53,704 nucleotides of DNA from positions 1 to 53,704 of IMG/VR virus record IMGVR_UViG_3300034779_000011; one strand, given 5' to 3'. Shown here piece after piece: positions 1 through 9,450 of this stretch. This DNA comes from a virus (lineage: Duplodnaviria; Caudoviricetes). Position numbers and translations under genes: made by a program. The notes beneath the pieces are model-generated. The model did not search any database. It was not told the DNA's origin and was given only the letters and a program-made list of their open reading frames with translations. Position 1 is the stretch's first letter, and each line of letters opens with the position of its first letter.

Positions 1-2706
1 GTGCCCTCGACTGACCGGACGATCGGGCGACGGCGCGGGCAGAGGCGGGCGATCGTCATCGCTCGCGCCGCAGCCCTCCACCGTCACCCCGCCGCCCACA
101 AGCCCGGCTGGATCGTGGACCTCTTCGCCGGGGGTGGCGGCTGGAGCGTCGGGGTGGAGATGGCGCTGCACCGTCCCGTGGACCTCGCCGTCAACCACGA
201 CGAGGACGCGCTGCAGATGCACGAGCTCAACCACCCGACGACGAAGCACAAGAAGGCCGACGTCTTCGAGGTGTGCCCGCACCTGGCGTGCGAGGGCCAC
301 CCGGTCGAGTACCTCCACGGGAGCCCCGACTGCACCGACCACTCCAAGGCCAAGGGCGGCAAGCCGATCCGGGCGCGCAAGCGCCGGGCGCTCGCCTGGG
401 TGTTGGTGCGCTGGGCCGGGCAGGTGCGCCCGCCCGTGATCACGATGGAGAACGTCGAGGAGATCCGGGGGTGGGGGCCGCTGCGCGCCCGGCGCGACAA
501 GGCGACAGGGCGCGTGGTCAGGCTGGACGGCACCGTCGCCGCGCCGGGCGAGGTCGTGCCGCTCAAAGAGCAGTGGCTGGAGCGCGACCCCACGCGGGCG
601 GGCCGGACGTTCCGCGCGTTCGTCCGGGCGCTGGAGGGGCTCGGCTACCGGGTCGAGTTCCAGGAGCGGCGGGCCTGCAACGCCGGCGCGCCGACCATCC
701 GCAAGCGGCTCTACATGATCGCCCGCTGCGACGGCCTGCCGATCGTCTGGCCGGAGCCGACGCACGGGGACCCCAAGAGCGAGGCGGTCCGAAGCGGGAG
801 ACTGCTGCCCTGGCGGACGGCGGCGGAGTGCATCGACTGGCGCCACCCGATGCTGTCGATCTTCGCCACCAAGGAAGAGGCGAAGGCCTGGGGCAAGGCG
901 CACGGCCAGGCGCCGCCGGTCCGGCCGCTGGCGGATGCGACAATGCGGCGCACTGCGCGCGGCGTCCGGCGCTACGTCCTTCCGCCCGCGAAGCCGTTCG
1001 TGGTCACGCTGAACCACGGCGGCGGGCGGGAGCACGCGCCGAGGGGCCTGGACGAGCCGCTCCGGACCGTCGCAGCGGCGCGCGACGCGCACGGCCTGGT
1101 GGCGCCGTTGATCGCGGGCGTCGGCGGGCGGGCGGGGCAGTTGCCGGAGCGGCCCGGCGACGTGCCGTTCGGGACGGTGACCGGGAAAGCCGACGTGGCA
1201 CTGGTGGCGCCGCTCCTCACCGAACACGCGAACGCATCCGCGCAGCGCACCTTCGCGATCGACGAGCCGCTCCGGACGCAGGTGGCGGATGTGAAGGGCG
1301 GGCACTTCTCGCTGGTGGCGCCGGTGCTGGTGGACGCGGCGCACGGGGAGGTGTCCCCGGACGGGCGGGTGAAGCGCTGGGGCAGCGGCGCGCGCTCCAG
1401 CGAGGAGCCGGCGCCCACGATCCTCGGGACCGGCAACCCGGCACTGGTCGTCGCCTCGATGCTCCCGAATCCGCCGCTGTTCCGATACCTCGGGCACGGA
1501 GAGCGGTTCAGGACGCCCCGAGACCGGCGCGACCGCGGCGTCACCATCGGCGTTCCCCGCACCGGCCGGAGGCGTCGCCCTCGGCATGTGATGTGCGCAC
1601 CCGTGGTCGTGCCCAACAACACCAACAACGCCGCCCACGCGGTGGACGAGCCGGTCCCCACCGTCACCGGCGGCGGGCGCAACATCCTGGCGGCCGCCAT
1701 CCTCGTGCCCCGCTACGGGGAGCGCGACGGCCAGGAGCCGCGCGTGCGCTCGCTGGAGGAGCCCACGCCGGTAGTGGTTCCCACCGACAACGGCGGCAGC
1801 CTCGCGGCCGTCCACCTGGCGAGCTACCACGCGGAGCGCGCAGAGGGTGACCGGGGCCATCGGGGCGGGGACGCAGGCGAGCCGGCCGACACCATCGACA
1901 CGGCCAACCGCCACGCCGTGGTTGCCGCGTTCCTGGCCCAGCACAACGACGGCTTCTATCAGGGCGACGGCCGCTCGCTGGAGAACCCCGCCGGTACCGT
2001 CTGCGCGAGCGGTTCGCCGCAGGGACTCGTCGTCGCTCACGTCTCACACTTCCGAACGGGCGCTACCGGCCAGGAGGCGGACACTCCGCTCTGCACGGTC
2101 ACCGCCAACAGCTTCGAGAAGCGCCCGGGTGGAGCCGCACCCATCGGTATCGTCGCCGCGAGCCTCACGAAGTTGCGCGGCACCAGCACGGACGCGGACC
2201 CGGCTGAGCCGCTCGACACCGTGAGCGCCGGCGGGACGCACCACGCACTCGCGGCCGTCCACCTCTCGCACGACCACGGCCACGACCCGGCCGGCGGCGA
2301 GGGCAGCCCGGAGCAGCCCGCGCGGGCGGTCCCCACGCACCCGCACGCCCGCCTGGTTGCCGCCTTCCTTCAGAAGTACTACGGCGCGGTGGCCGGCCAG
2401 GACTCCGGCTGCGACGAGCCCGTGGACACGATCTCCACCCGCGACCGCATGGGGCTCGTGACGGTCGTGATCGAAGGCGTTCTCATGGTGATCGCCGACA
2501 TCGCCATGCGGATGCTCCAGCCGCGGGAGCTCTACAACGCGCAGGGCTTCCCCCGGAGCTACATGATCGACCGCGGGGCGGACGGCGGGCGCTTCACCAA
2601 GACGGCGCAGGTCCGCATGTGCGGCAACAGCGTCCCGCCGCCCGAGGCGATGGCGATCACCGCCGCGAACCTGCCGCACCTGCGTGCGCAAGCGAGGGCC
2701 GCGTGA
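1..2706 (+). CDS. dcm: Phage C5 DNA-cytosine methyltransferase with a long repetitive variable region
   Basis: Motifs DLFAGGGG, SPDC, ENV, RKRLY and C-terminal QGFP...CGNSVPP. Confidence 0.93.
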   Translation: MPSTDRTIGRRRGQRRAIVIARAAALHRHPAAHKPGWIVDLFAGGGGWSVGVEMALHRPVDLAVNHDEDALQMHELNHPTTKHKKADVFEVCPHLACEGHPVEYLHGSPDCTDHSKAKGGKPIRARKRRALAWVLVRWAGQVRPPVITMENVEEIRGWGPLRARRDKATGRVVRLDGTVAAPGEVVPLKEQWLERDPTRAGRTFRAFVRALEGLGYRVEFQERRACNAGAPTIRKRLYMIARCDGLPIVWPEPTHGDPKSEAVRSGRLLPWRTAAECIDWRHPMLSIFATKEEAKAWGKAHGQAPPVRPLADATMRRTARGVRRYVLPPAKPFVVTLNHGGGREHAPRGLDEPLRTVAAARDAHGLVAPLIAGVGGRAGQLPERPGDVPFGTVTGKADVALVAPLLTEHANASAQRTFAIDEPLRTQVADVKGGHFSLVAPVLVDAAHGEVSPDGRVKRWGSGARSSEEPAPTILGTGNPALVVASMLPNPPLFRYLGHGERFRTPRDRRDRGVTIGVPRTGRRRRPRHVMCAPVVVPNNTNNAAHAVDEPVPTVTGGGRNILAAAILVPRYGERDGQEPRVRSLEEPTPVVVPTDNGGSLAAVHLASYHAERAEGDRGHRGGDAGEPADTIDTANRHAVVAAFLAQHNDGFYQGDGRSLENPAGTVCASGSPQGLVVAHVSHFRTGATGQEADTPLCTVTANSFEKRPGGAAPIGIVAASLTKLRGTSTDADPAEPLDTVSAGGTHHALAAVHLSHDHGHDPAGGEGSPEQPARAVPTHPHARLVAAFLQKYYGAVAGQDSGCDEPVDTISTRDRMGLVTVVIEGVLMVIADIAMRMLQPRELYNAQGFPRSYMIDRGADGGRFTKTAQVRMCGNSVPPPEAMAITAANLPHLRAQARAA

Positions 2707-3137
2707 TCGGCCCGCCGCGGTCTTCCCGCCCAGACGTGCGCAATCCCGTCCTGCGGCTGGTGTCGGCGCAGCGTATCGCCCGGCTCTCCCCGGTACTGCG
2801 GGCGGAGCTGCGCCTCCTCCTGCTTGAGCTTTCGCGCGACGCCAACGAGCGCGCACAAGCCTGCTGGCGGAAAGGAAAGCCGCCGATGGCGGCCTACTGG
2901 AAGGCCGTGGCCGTCTACGCGCGCCACATCGCGCGAGCTGTCGGGAGAACGCCCGTGACCTCCGGCCCGTCCGCGTCGGGGGCCCCCCGATGCCTCTTTT
3001 CCCTGAGGAACCCGCTTCCACGTGCGATCAAGCAGAGACGACGGTCACATGATGCGTCTCACCCGCCGCCGCATCCGGCTCCGCCGGGACCTGCCCCGCC
3101 TACTAGCCCGCCTGGCCGCCCGGGGCGTTCTGGCTAG
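2703..3137 (+). CDS. Phage hypothetical protein
   Basis: GTG overlaps the dcm stop; phage-like motif WRKGKPPMAAYWKAVAVYARH; 3' end uncertain. Confidence 0.6.
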   Translation: MIGPPRSSRPDVRNPVLRLVSAQRIARLSPVLRAELRLLLLELSRDANERAQACWRKGKPPMAAYWKAVAVYARHIARAVGRTPVTSGPSASGAPRCLFSLRNPLPRAIKQRRRSHDASHPPPHPAPPGPAPPTSPPGRPGRSG

Positions 3138-3261
3138 GGCGGCGCTCCTCAAGCGGGTGGAGCGGGCGAGGCTCCGGCTCTTCGGCAGGAAGCGGCTCTC
3201 GAAGGAGCCCTGGGCGGGCGAGAGGGCGGCGAAGAAGGCGATCCGGCGGGCGTTCCCCTGA
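3049..3261 (+). CDS. Small basic hypothetical protein
   Basis: Arg-rich ORF filling the gap in the operon. Confidence 0.4.
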   Translation: MMRLTRRRIRLRRDLPRLLARLAARGVLARAALLKRVERARLRLFGRKRLSKEPWAGERAAKKAIRRAFP

Positions 3262-3283
3262 ACTGAACTGAACTGGAGACGAG

Positions 3284-3868
3284 ATGGAGAAGACGTGCCC
3301 GCGTGGCGATCAGGTGGTCGGCGCCGCCACACCAGAGCGGCGACCTCTAACGGTCACCGACGTCTACCGGTTGCTCGCGAACGCGCTCGAAGGGCTTGCC
3401 CTCGCGGCGGGTGCCGCAACGCTTGGTGCTGATCCGCAGTGCATCCGACCGCACGCGGACCGCGCCGCGTCCCTGATCCTCTTCGGGACGACCCAGCCGC
3501 CCGGTGATCCTGACGCAGCGCCCTCGAAGCCGTGGTGCGACTGCGCCGGCGGCTACCTTTGTGGTCACGCGCCGGAGCGGCCGTGCCGGTGCGCGTGCCA
3601 CGCCGCCGCCGATTCCGGCTCCCCTACCCCTCTGCAGGCCGTCGGCGGTCCCCAGCCTGAGCCGACCGGCGAAGAGTACCGCCTCGCGATCAGTGATGCG
3701 CTGGCGGAGATAGAAGAGGCGGGGGGCGAGTTGAGCGCATCGGAAGAGACGACGCGGCGCCGAATTCGCCGGGCCATCCGCATTCTTCGCGGAACGGACA
3801 ACTGGAGGCTGCCCGGGTGCGAGGGCGACGACGAAGCCGAGGAGACGGAGGAGGTGCGGCATGGGTGA
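3284..3868 (+). CDS. Hypothetical protein with Cys-rich segment
   Basis: GGAG RBS; acidic tail carries the RBS of the next gene. Confidence 0.6.
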   Translation: MEKTCPRGDQVVGAATPERRPLTVTDVYRLLANALEGLALAAGAATLGADPQCIRPHADRAASLILFGTTQPPGDPDAAPSKPWCDCAGGYLCGHAPERPCRCACHAAADSGSPTPLQAVGGPQPEPTGEEYRLAISDALAEIEEAGGELSASEETTRRRIRRAIRILRGTDNWRLPGCEGDDEAEETEEVRHG

Positions 3869-4667
3869 CCGCAGCGCAATTGAGTGGACCGACGCCACCT
3901 GGAACCCGGTCACCGGCTGCACAAAGGTGAGCTCCGGCTGCGACAACTGCTACGCCCACAGACTGGCACACGGGCGGCTGGCGGATGTCTACGGGAAGCG
4001 GCTGCCGGTGGTGGACACGGAGACCAATCGCGCCGACCCGTTCGCGGTCCGCCTGTGGTCCGAGCGCCTGGATCAGCCGCTCCGCTGGACGCGGCCGCGC
4101 ATGGTGTTCGTCAACTCCATGTCGGACCTCTTCCACGTGGATGTACCCGACGGCTTCGTGCGCGAGTGCTTCCGGGTCATGCTGGAGGCGCGGCGCCACA
4201 CCTTCCAGGTGCTCACCAAGCGGCCGAGCCGGATGCGCCGCTTCGTGAACCGCAACGCAGACCTTTTCGCCGGCGACGGCGGGTACGTACCGGAGCACAT
4301 CTGGTTAGGAACGAGCGTGGAGAACCAGGCGGCCGCGTTCCGCGTGGGGCACCTGCGGCTCGTGACCGCCCGTGTCCGCTTCCTTTCCTGCGAGCCACTC
4401 ATCGGATCGCTCGTGCTTCCGTCTCGGGAGGGAATCCACTGGGTGATCGGGGGCGGGGAGAGCGGGGACGGCCACAGGCCGTGCGACCCGGCGTGGGCGC
4501 GCTCGCTTCGGGATCAGTGCGTCGCCGCAGTCGTGCCGTTCTTCTGGAAGCAGTGGGGCGGACGGACGCCCAAGGCCGGCGGGAGGCTGCTGGACGGGCG
4601 CACCTGGGATGAGTTCCCAGTGCTGGACGGCCGGAGCATTTCCGCGTTCCCGGAGGTGGGGCGATGA
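3861..4667 (+). CDS. Phage Gp37/Gp68 (DUF5131) radical-SAM-like protein
   Basis: [64 protein letters not shown]. Confidence 0.93.
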   Translation: MGDRSAIEWTDATWNPVTGCTKVSSGCDNCYAHRLAHGRLADVYGKRLPVVDTETNRADPFAVRLWSERLDQPLRWTRPRMVFVNSMSDLFHVDVPDGFVRECFRVMLEARRHTFQVLTKRPSRMRRFVNRNADLFAGDGGYVPEHIWLGTSVENQAAAFRVGHLRLVTARVRFLSCEPLIGSLVLPSREGIHWVIGGGESGDGHRPCDPAWARSLRDQCVAAVVPFFWKQWGGRTPKAGGRLLDGRTWDEFPVLDGRSISAFPEVGR

Positions 4668-5047
4668 AGCCGTATTATCAGCACCACGGCATCACGATTT
4701 ATCACGGCGACGTGTTGGAGGTGCTGTCGTCGTCGTCGATCCTTTCCCACGTCGTGGTGACGAGTCCCCCTTACAACATGGGGATCACGTCGGGAGGTAA
4801 CGGGCGCGGCCTCTACCGCACCAGCAAGACCGGCAAGGCTCTCGCCGCAGCGGGCGCCAGATCGGCGCTTGACCCGTTCTGCGGTTCGGGCACCACGCTC
4901 CTCGCCGCAAAAACCGCGGGAGTCACCGCCATCGGCATCTACGTCGACGAACGGTGGTGCGAGGTCGCGGCCCGCCGCTTGGACCAGGAGGTTCTGCCCG
5001 TCGGTACCGTCGCAGCATCTCACGCCTCCGAGGTGCCCCATGCGTGA
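4664..5047 (+). pseudogene. Internally deleted N4/N6 amino-methyltransferase (beta class)
   Basis: TSPPYN and [10 protein letters not shown] only ~35 aa apart, so the target-recognition region is missing; GIE motif altered to GIY. Confidence 0.75.
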
Positions 5048-5768
5048 GCGCCCGATCCACTTCCCCACGGACTCCCAAGTGCGCGCGGCGCTGGAGGGGA
5101 GGAAGACCGAGCGTCGGGTGCCGGTGAAGCCGCAGCCGATCCGCGAGGAGTCATCGCTCCACGTGCCCGGAGCCAAGGTTCTCCTCCTGCCGCAGCCAGG
5201 CGGTCTGCCACGCCGTGTCTCACGAGCCGTCCTCGCCCGCGAATGCCCGCTCGGATGGGAAGGTGACCGTCTGTGGCTACGCGAGGCGGCGCGGGTGTCC
5301 GCCAAGTTCTCGGGCGGCGGGAACGACTGGTACGCGCTCGACTTCCGCGCTGGCGGTCCGTCCCCCACGCACCACGGCCGTCTCCCCGGCCGTTGGTTTC
5401 CGGATCGCACCTTCACTGCCGACGGCGTGCCGCGCTGGTGCTCGCCAATGCAAATTCCCCGCTGGGCCTCGCGCCTCACGCTGGAGATCACCGAGGTGCG
5501 GGTGGAGCGGTTGCAGGAGATCAACGAGGCGGGCGTCTTCGCGGAAGGGGTGCAGATCCCCATCAACGCGGAGACCGGCAACCCCCTGTTGCGCCTGTCG
5601 GGACCGTTCGCTCCGGCCCTCTACCTGAGCGCCGGGTACACCAGCGCCGACCTGATCCGCGCCCACTTCGCCTCTGAGTGGGACACCGCGCACGCCCGGC
5701 GCGGATTCGGCTGGGACGCCAATCCGTGGGTGTGGGTGATCGGCTTCCGCCGGGTGGAGGCGGCATGA
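5040..5768 (+). CDS. Phage ASCH/PUA-like fold protein
   Basis: MRERPIHF...[49 protein letters not shown]. Confidence 0.8.
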   Translation: MRERPIHFPTDSQVRAALEGRKTERRVPVKPQPIREESSLHVPGAKVLLLPQPGGLPRRVSRAVLARECPLGWEGDRLWLREAARVSAKFSGGGNDWYALDFRAGGPSPTHHGRLPGRWFPDRTFTADGVPRWCSPMQIPRWASRLTLEITEVRVERLQEINEAGVFAEGVQIPINAETGNPLLRLSGPFAPALYLSAGYTSADLIRAHFASEWDTAHARRGFGWDANPWVWVIGFRRVEAA

Positions 5769-6028
5769 GGTGGAACCTCTCCTGGCGCGCCGATCCCCGC
5801 GCGGTGCCGCTCGCCAACCGCCACTTATACCCGGCAGTCGCCCGACTCGCCGCAGTTCGTCCCGCCGGGTCGCTGCCTGGTGCTCCTCTCGCCCGCTGCC
5901 GATGCGCTGGGGGTGACGAGATGGCCGGAAGCGGAGTACGTGAAGCACGCGTGGGCGGGCGCCTGGGTGCAGCCGAACTACCCGGCGGCGGACACGTGGA
6001 CCTGCTGGAGGCGGCGGCATGCGCCTGA
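5765..6028 (+). pseudogene. Frameshifted, truncated phage GNAT/Mom-like protein
   Basis: Removing one T at ~5825 gives ANRHYTRQSPDSPQFVPPGRCLVLL...WPEAEYVKHAWAGAW; C-terminal half absent. Confidence 0.65.
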
Positions 6029-6780
6029 AGCCCTTCTTTAGCTACTACGGGTCGAAGCACCGCATCGCGGACCACTACCCCACCCCGCAGACGCGGCGGA
6101 TCGTGGAACCCTTCGCGGGAAGCGCCGCCTACGCCTGCCGTTGGTTCCGCTTGGACGTGCTGCTCATCGACGCGAACCCGAAGGTGGCCGGCGTCTGGGA
6201 CTACCTGATCCGTGCGAGATCAAGCGAGGTGTTGGCGCTGCCCCTGCTGGCGGACGGCGAGGGTGTCGAGGCGCTGGGGGCCGTGCCGCAGGAGGCGCGT
6301 TGGCTGGTGGGCTTCTGGCTCTCCAAGGGCGCGGCTCACCCGCCTCTCTCGCGCTCGGCGTGGGCGCGCGAGCCAAAGTGGCATCGGCAGTTCTGGGGCG
6401 AGCATATCCGCGCCCGGATCGCGCACCAACTCCAGTGCATCCGCCACTGGAAAGTGCGCTGCGCGAACTACTGGGATTCGCCCGATGCAAGGGCGGACTG
6501 GTTCGTCGATCCGCCGTATGAGGGGCGGGCCGGCAACCACTATCGGCGGTTCGGAAGCAAGGGCTTCGACTACGCGGCGCTCGCGTCGTGGTGCGTGGAG
6601 CGGCACGGGCAGGTGATGGTCTGCGAGAATGAGGGCGCCGCGTGGCTCCCGTTCGGCCCGTTCCGGGTGGCCGCCGGCATGAACGGTACGCGCCGCAGCG
6701 GCATCTCCCGCGAAGCACTCTGGCACCGACCGTTGATCGACGCGCGCCATCTCGCGCTCCCGCTGGAGGAGGTGGTCTGA
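6019..6780 (+). CDS. DNA adenine methyltransferase (D12/Dam-like)
   Basis: FSYYGSK, VEPFAGSA, FVDPPY. Confidence 0.85.
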   Translation: MRLKPFFSYYGSKHRIADHYPTPQTRRIVEPFAGSAAYACRWFRLDVLLIDANPKVAGVWDYLIRARSSEVLALPLLADGEGVEALGAVPQEARWLVGFWLSKGAAHPPLSRSAWAREPKWHRQFWGEHIRARIAHQLQCIRHWKVRCANYWDSPDARADWFVDPPYEGRAGNHYRRFGSKGFDYAALASWCVERHGQVMVCENEGAAWLPFGPFRVAAGMNGTRRSGISREALWHRPLIDARHLALPLEEVV

Positions 6781-7188
6781 ATGGACGCCCGCCCCGGCCT
6801 GATCCCTTTCGACTCGCTTCCGCCGGCCGGCGGAGAGGCGCAGTTGCCCGCGCGTTGGTGGGAAACCGACGGCGTGCCGCCCGGCTTCCTGGGTCGCCGC
6901 TGCCCCGGCCCCTGCGGCGGAAGCCAGTACCTCGTGCGCAAAGGCGAGGAAGCCCGGGACCCCGGCGCCTGTGAGGTGTGCCTGGCCGGAGGGCCGGAGC
7001 TGCACGACCAGAAGCGCGCGCGAACGCGCCTGGAACGCGAGGCGACGTTCACGCACCCGGCGGAGCGGCGCATCCTGGCGGCACTGGACTCCGGCGCGAT
7101 CCGGCCGCCCCGGCGCAGATACCCCGACCCGCAGCCCCGCCGGGGCGTGCTGCCCCCGGCCCCCGACGAAGTGGAGAGCGAGCGGTGA
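6781..7188 (+). CDS. Hypothetical protein with CxxxC/CxxC
   Basis: GGAGGAGG RBS; coupled to neighbouring genes. Confidence 0.6.
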   Translation: MDARPGLIPFDSLPPAGGEAQLPARWWETDGVPPGFLGRRCPGPCGGSQYLVRKGEEARDPGACEVCLAGGPELHDQKRARTRLEREATFTHPAERRILAALDSGAIRPPRRRYPDPQPRRGVLPPAPDEVESER

Positions 7189-8270
7189 GCGCCGAAGCCC
7201 AGGCCTGGGCGATCTCCCAGCGGATCGGCAACGCCACGCGCAAGCTGGTCCTGTGGGGGCTCGCCGGACATGCGCACAAGAACGGCCGCCACGCGTGGGC
7301 GGGCGTGGACACCCTGGCTGAGTACGCCGAGTGCGACAAGCGGACCGTCCGGCGGCACCTCTGCGCCCTGGAGGCAGAGGGGTGGATTCGGGAGGGGGAC
7401 CAGAGCGTCATTCCCGCCTACATCCGGGCCGACCAGCGACCAATCGCCTTCGACCTCGCCATGGACCACGCGACCCGCGAGAAGTGGAGGACACAAGCCG
7501 CCGCCGGCCGCGCTACGGACTCTCGCCGCGCGCGCGCCGCCCGTGCCGGAGCTGAGGGCGGGCGTCGCAGCGCCGCAGCGCGGTGGAGCGAGGGCCAGGC
7601 GGACGAGCAGGTGGAGGCCGGCGGGGCACCCGACATCGGACGGGGTGACGATTTGTCACCCGGTGAAGAGACGCCACGGGGTGACAACACAGGCCCCGAC
7701 GGGGTGACACCCGGGGCAGAGCGGGGTGACAGAGCTGTGTCACCCAAACCAAAGGATGAACCAACACCTGAACCAGTCGGTCAGTCGGACGGGCGCGCGA
7801 GGCGCGACGTCGAAGCGATGGACGAGCAGGAGTTCGTCGGGTACGTCGTTTCCCTCGCCAACCTCGGGATGCAGCACGGCGCGGTCGGCGAGGCGTTCAA
7901 CCGCCTGGTCCACACCAACCCGCTCCACCGGGACGCGGTGGAGCGCTGGCGGCGCGGCGAGATCTTCGGCGAAGGCGCGGAGAACGCACCGCCGCCGGAA
8001 CCGGTCCCGCGGCAAGTGATCGCGGCGGCGGTCTACCGAGCGGCCAGGGCCTACCGGCCGACGCCCGAACGCCGGCAGATCGACCGCATGTCGTACTTCA
8101 CCCCCGTCGTCCGCCAGGAAGCCGAACGCCACCGAACCCGCAACCTGGATCCGCCGCCCCATGCCGGACACGACGACAGCGCCTCAGGCCGCCGCCCATC
8201 CCCCCGCCGGACAGCACCCGCCGGCCGGCCCGGCGCGCCGGGAGCCCGCACGTACTCCGATGCGGCGTGA
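7185..8270 (+). CDS. Phage replication initiator (N-terminal winged HTH)
   Basis: KLVLWGLA...AWAGVDTLAEYAECDKRTVRRHLCALEAEGWI; internal iterons; precedes an ATPase. Confidence 0.85.
   Translation: MSAEAQAWAISQRIGNATRKLVLWGLAGHAHKNGRHAWAGVDTLAEYAECDKRTVRRHLCALEAEGWIREGDQSVIPAYIRADQRPIAFDLAMDHATREKWRTQAAAGRATDSRRARAARAGAEGGRRSAAARWSEGQADEQVEAGGAPDIGRGDDLSPGEETPRGDNTGPDGVTPGAERGDRAVSPKPKDEPTPEPVGQSDGRARRDVEAMDEQEFVGYVVSLANLGMQHGAVGEAFNRLVHTNPLHRDAVERWRRGEIFGEGAENAPPPEPVPRQVIAAAVYRAARAYRPTPERRQIDRMSYFTPVVRQEAERHRTRNLDPPPHAGHDDSASGRRPSPRRTAPAGRPGAPGARTYSDAA
7641..7745. repeat. Iteron cluster, probable phage replication origin
   Basis: CGGGGTGAC at 7641, 7677, 7700 and 7722; inverted TGTCACCC at ~7654 and ~7738; A-rich stretch follows. 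Confidence 0.75.
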
Positions 8271-9186
8271 CCAGCCGCCACAGCCCCTCGGCGAGGTGTT
8301 CGGCGGCTTCGCGGACGCCTACGCCCTCTGCACTCGCTGCTGGGAGCGGTCCGGCTCCACCGAGGGTGCGGCGGTGCGCCGGGTCTCGCCTGAACTGGCC
8401 GAGGAGGGCAGCCCGGCCCCGCCGCCATGGTGGTTCCCGGTCGGCGTCCTCTGGAGCAACGGCCGCATGATGGGCGCGGTGCCGGAACTCTGCCCCCAGT
8501 GCCACCGGCGAGAGTGCGAGCAGGCGGCGGCGGCTTCCGCAGCTCTCGACAGCGACCAGACGCCTCGCCCCACCCCCTCGCGCTTCGAGCGGTGCGAAGC
8601 GGCGGGCGGCAACCCCTGGAACTTCAAGGCCACCTTCGCCGACCTCCAGCCCCGACCCGGACAGGAGCGCGCCTACGCCGTATCGCGCGAGTTCTCGAAG
8701 GCGGATCGCAACGACCGCTACACCGCCGGAACCCGCAGCGTGCTGCTCTGGGGCGAGTTCGGACGCGGCAAGACGGTGATCGGCCACTGCGTGCTCTACG
8801 ACCTGCTGGAGAAGGGCGTGGCCCCTGGAACGGGCGTGCTGTACGACGACTGGGACACATTCCGCTACGAGGTGCGCGCCACCTACGACGCGAAGCTGCC
8901 CACGTGGCCGTTGATCCGTCGCCGTGTAGAGGCCGACGACTGGATCTGCGACGACTTCCTGGGCGGCAAGGTGAGCCCGGCGGCGTTCGAACTTGCCGCC
9001 CTCATCCTGAACCGCCGCGAAGGCCGGCGCGTCTGGCTGTCGACCAATGAAGACCCCGCGCGGTTGGAGGCGAACTATGCGGAGCACGTCTTCGGCCTGA
9101 GTGTGGGCCGCGTGGCCTCGCGGCTGGCCGCCTTCCGTGTGGTTCAGGTGGGCGGCGACGCGGACCTGCGCGGCGTGAGGTTCTGA
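8260..9186 (+). CDS. DnaC/IstB-like AAA+ ATPase (helicase loader)
   Basis: ATFAD, Walker A GEFGRGKT, Walker B WICDDF, LSTN, RVASRL. Confidence 0.85.
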   Translation: MRRDQPPQPLGEVFGGFADAYALCTRCWERSGSTEGAAVRRVSPELAEEGSPAPPPWWFPVGVLWSNGRMMGAVPELCPQCHRRECEQAAAASAALDSDQTPRPTPSRFERCEAAGGNPWNFKATFADLQPRPGQERAYAVSREFSKADRNDRYTAGTRSVLLWGEFGRGKTVIGHCVLYDLLEKGVAPGTGVLYDDWDTFRYEVRATYDAKLPTWPLIRRRVEADDWICDDFLGGKVSPAAFELAALILNRREGRRVWLSTNEDPARLEANYAEHVFGLSVGRVASRLAAFRVVQVGGDADLRGVRF

Positions 9187-9189
9187 CCC

Positions 9190-9450
9190 ATGCCCCTTAC
9201 GCCGAACCAGAAGGCCTCCATTCGCAACGCCGTCGCGGACCTGGCCGGACACCCTTTGAACGACGACGAGGTAGAGATGGTGGACGCCGCCGCCTCCCTC
9301 GCGGACCGCCTGGCGACCACGCCGCGCGCGGACGCGGACCCGGCGCAGCTCACGCTCGCGATCCGGGCGCCGTTCCGCATCTGCCCGGAGTGCGCGGGGA
9401 CCAGGAAGCGGCCCTATGGGGCGTGCCGGACCTGCACGGAGGCGACATGA
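9190..9450 (+). CDS. Small protein with C-terminal Zn finger
   Basis: CPECAG...CRTC; ATGA coupling to the next gene. Confidence 0.7.
   Translation: MPLTPNQKASIRNAVADLAGHPLNDDEVEMVDAAASLADRLATTPRADADPAQLTLAIRAPFRICPECAGTRKRPYGACRTCTEAT
9343..9450 (+). repeat. 108-bp direct repeat, copy 1
   Basis: Identical to 10638-10745. Confidence 0.95.

Noticed and set aside
3258-3277. CTGAA x3 tandem repeat
   Set aside because: Too short to assign a function
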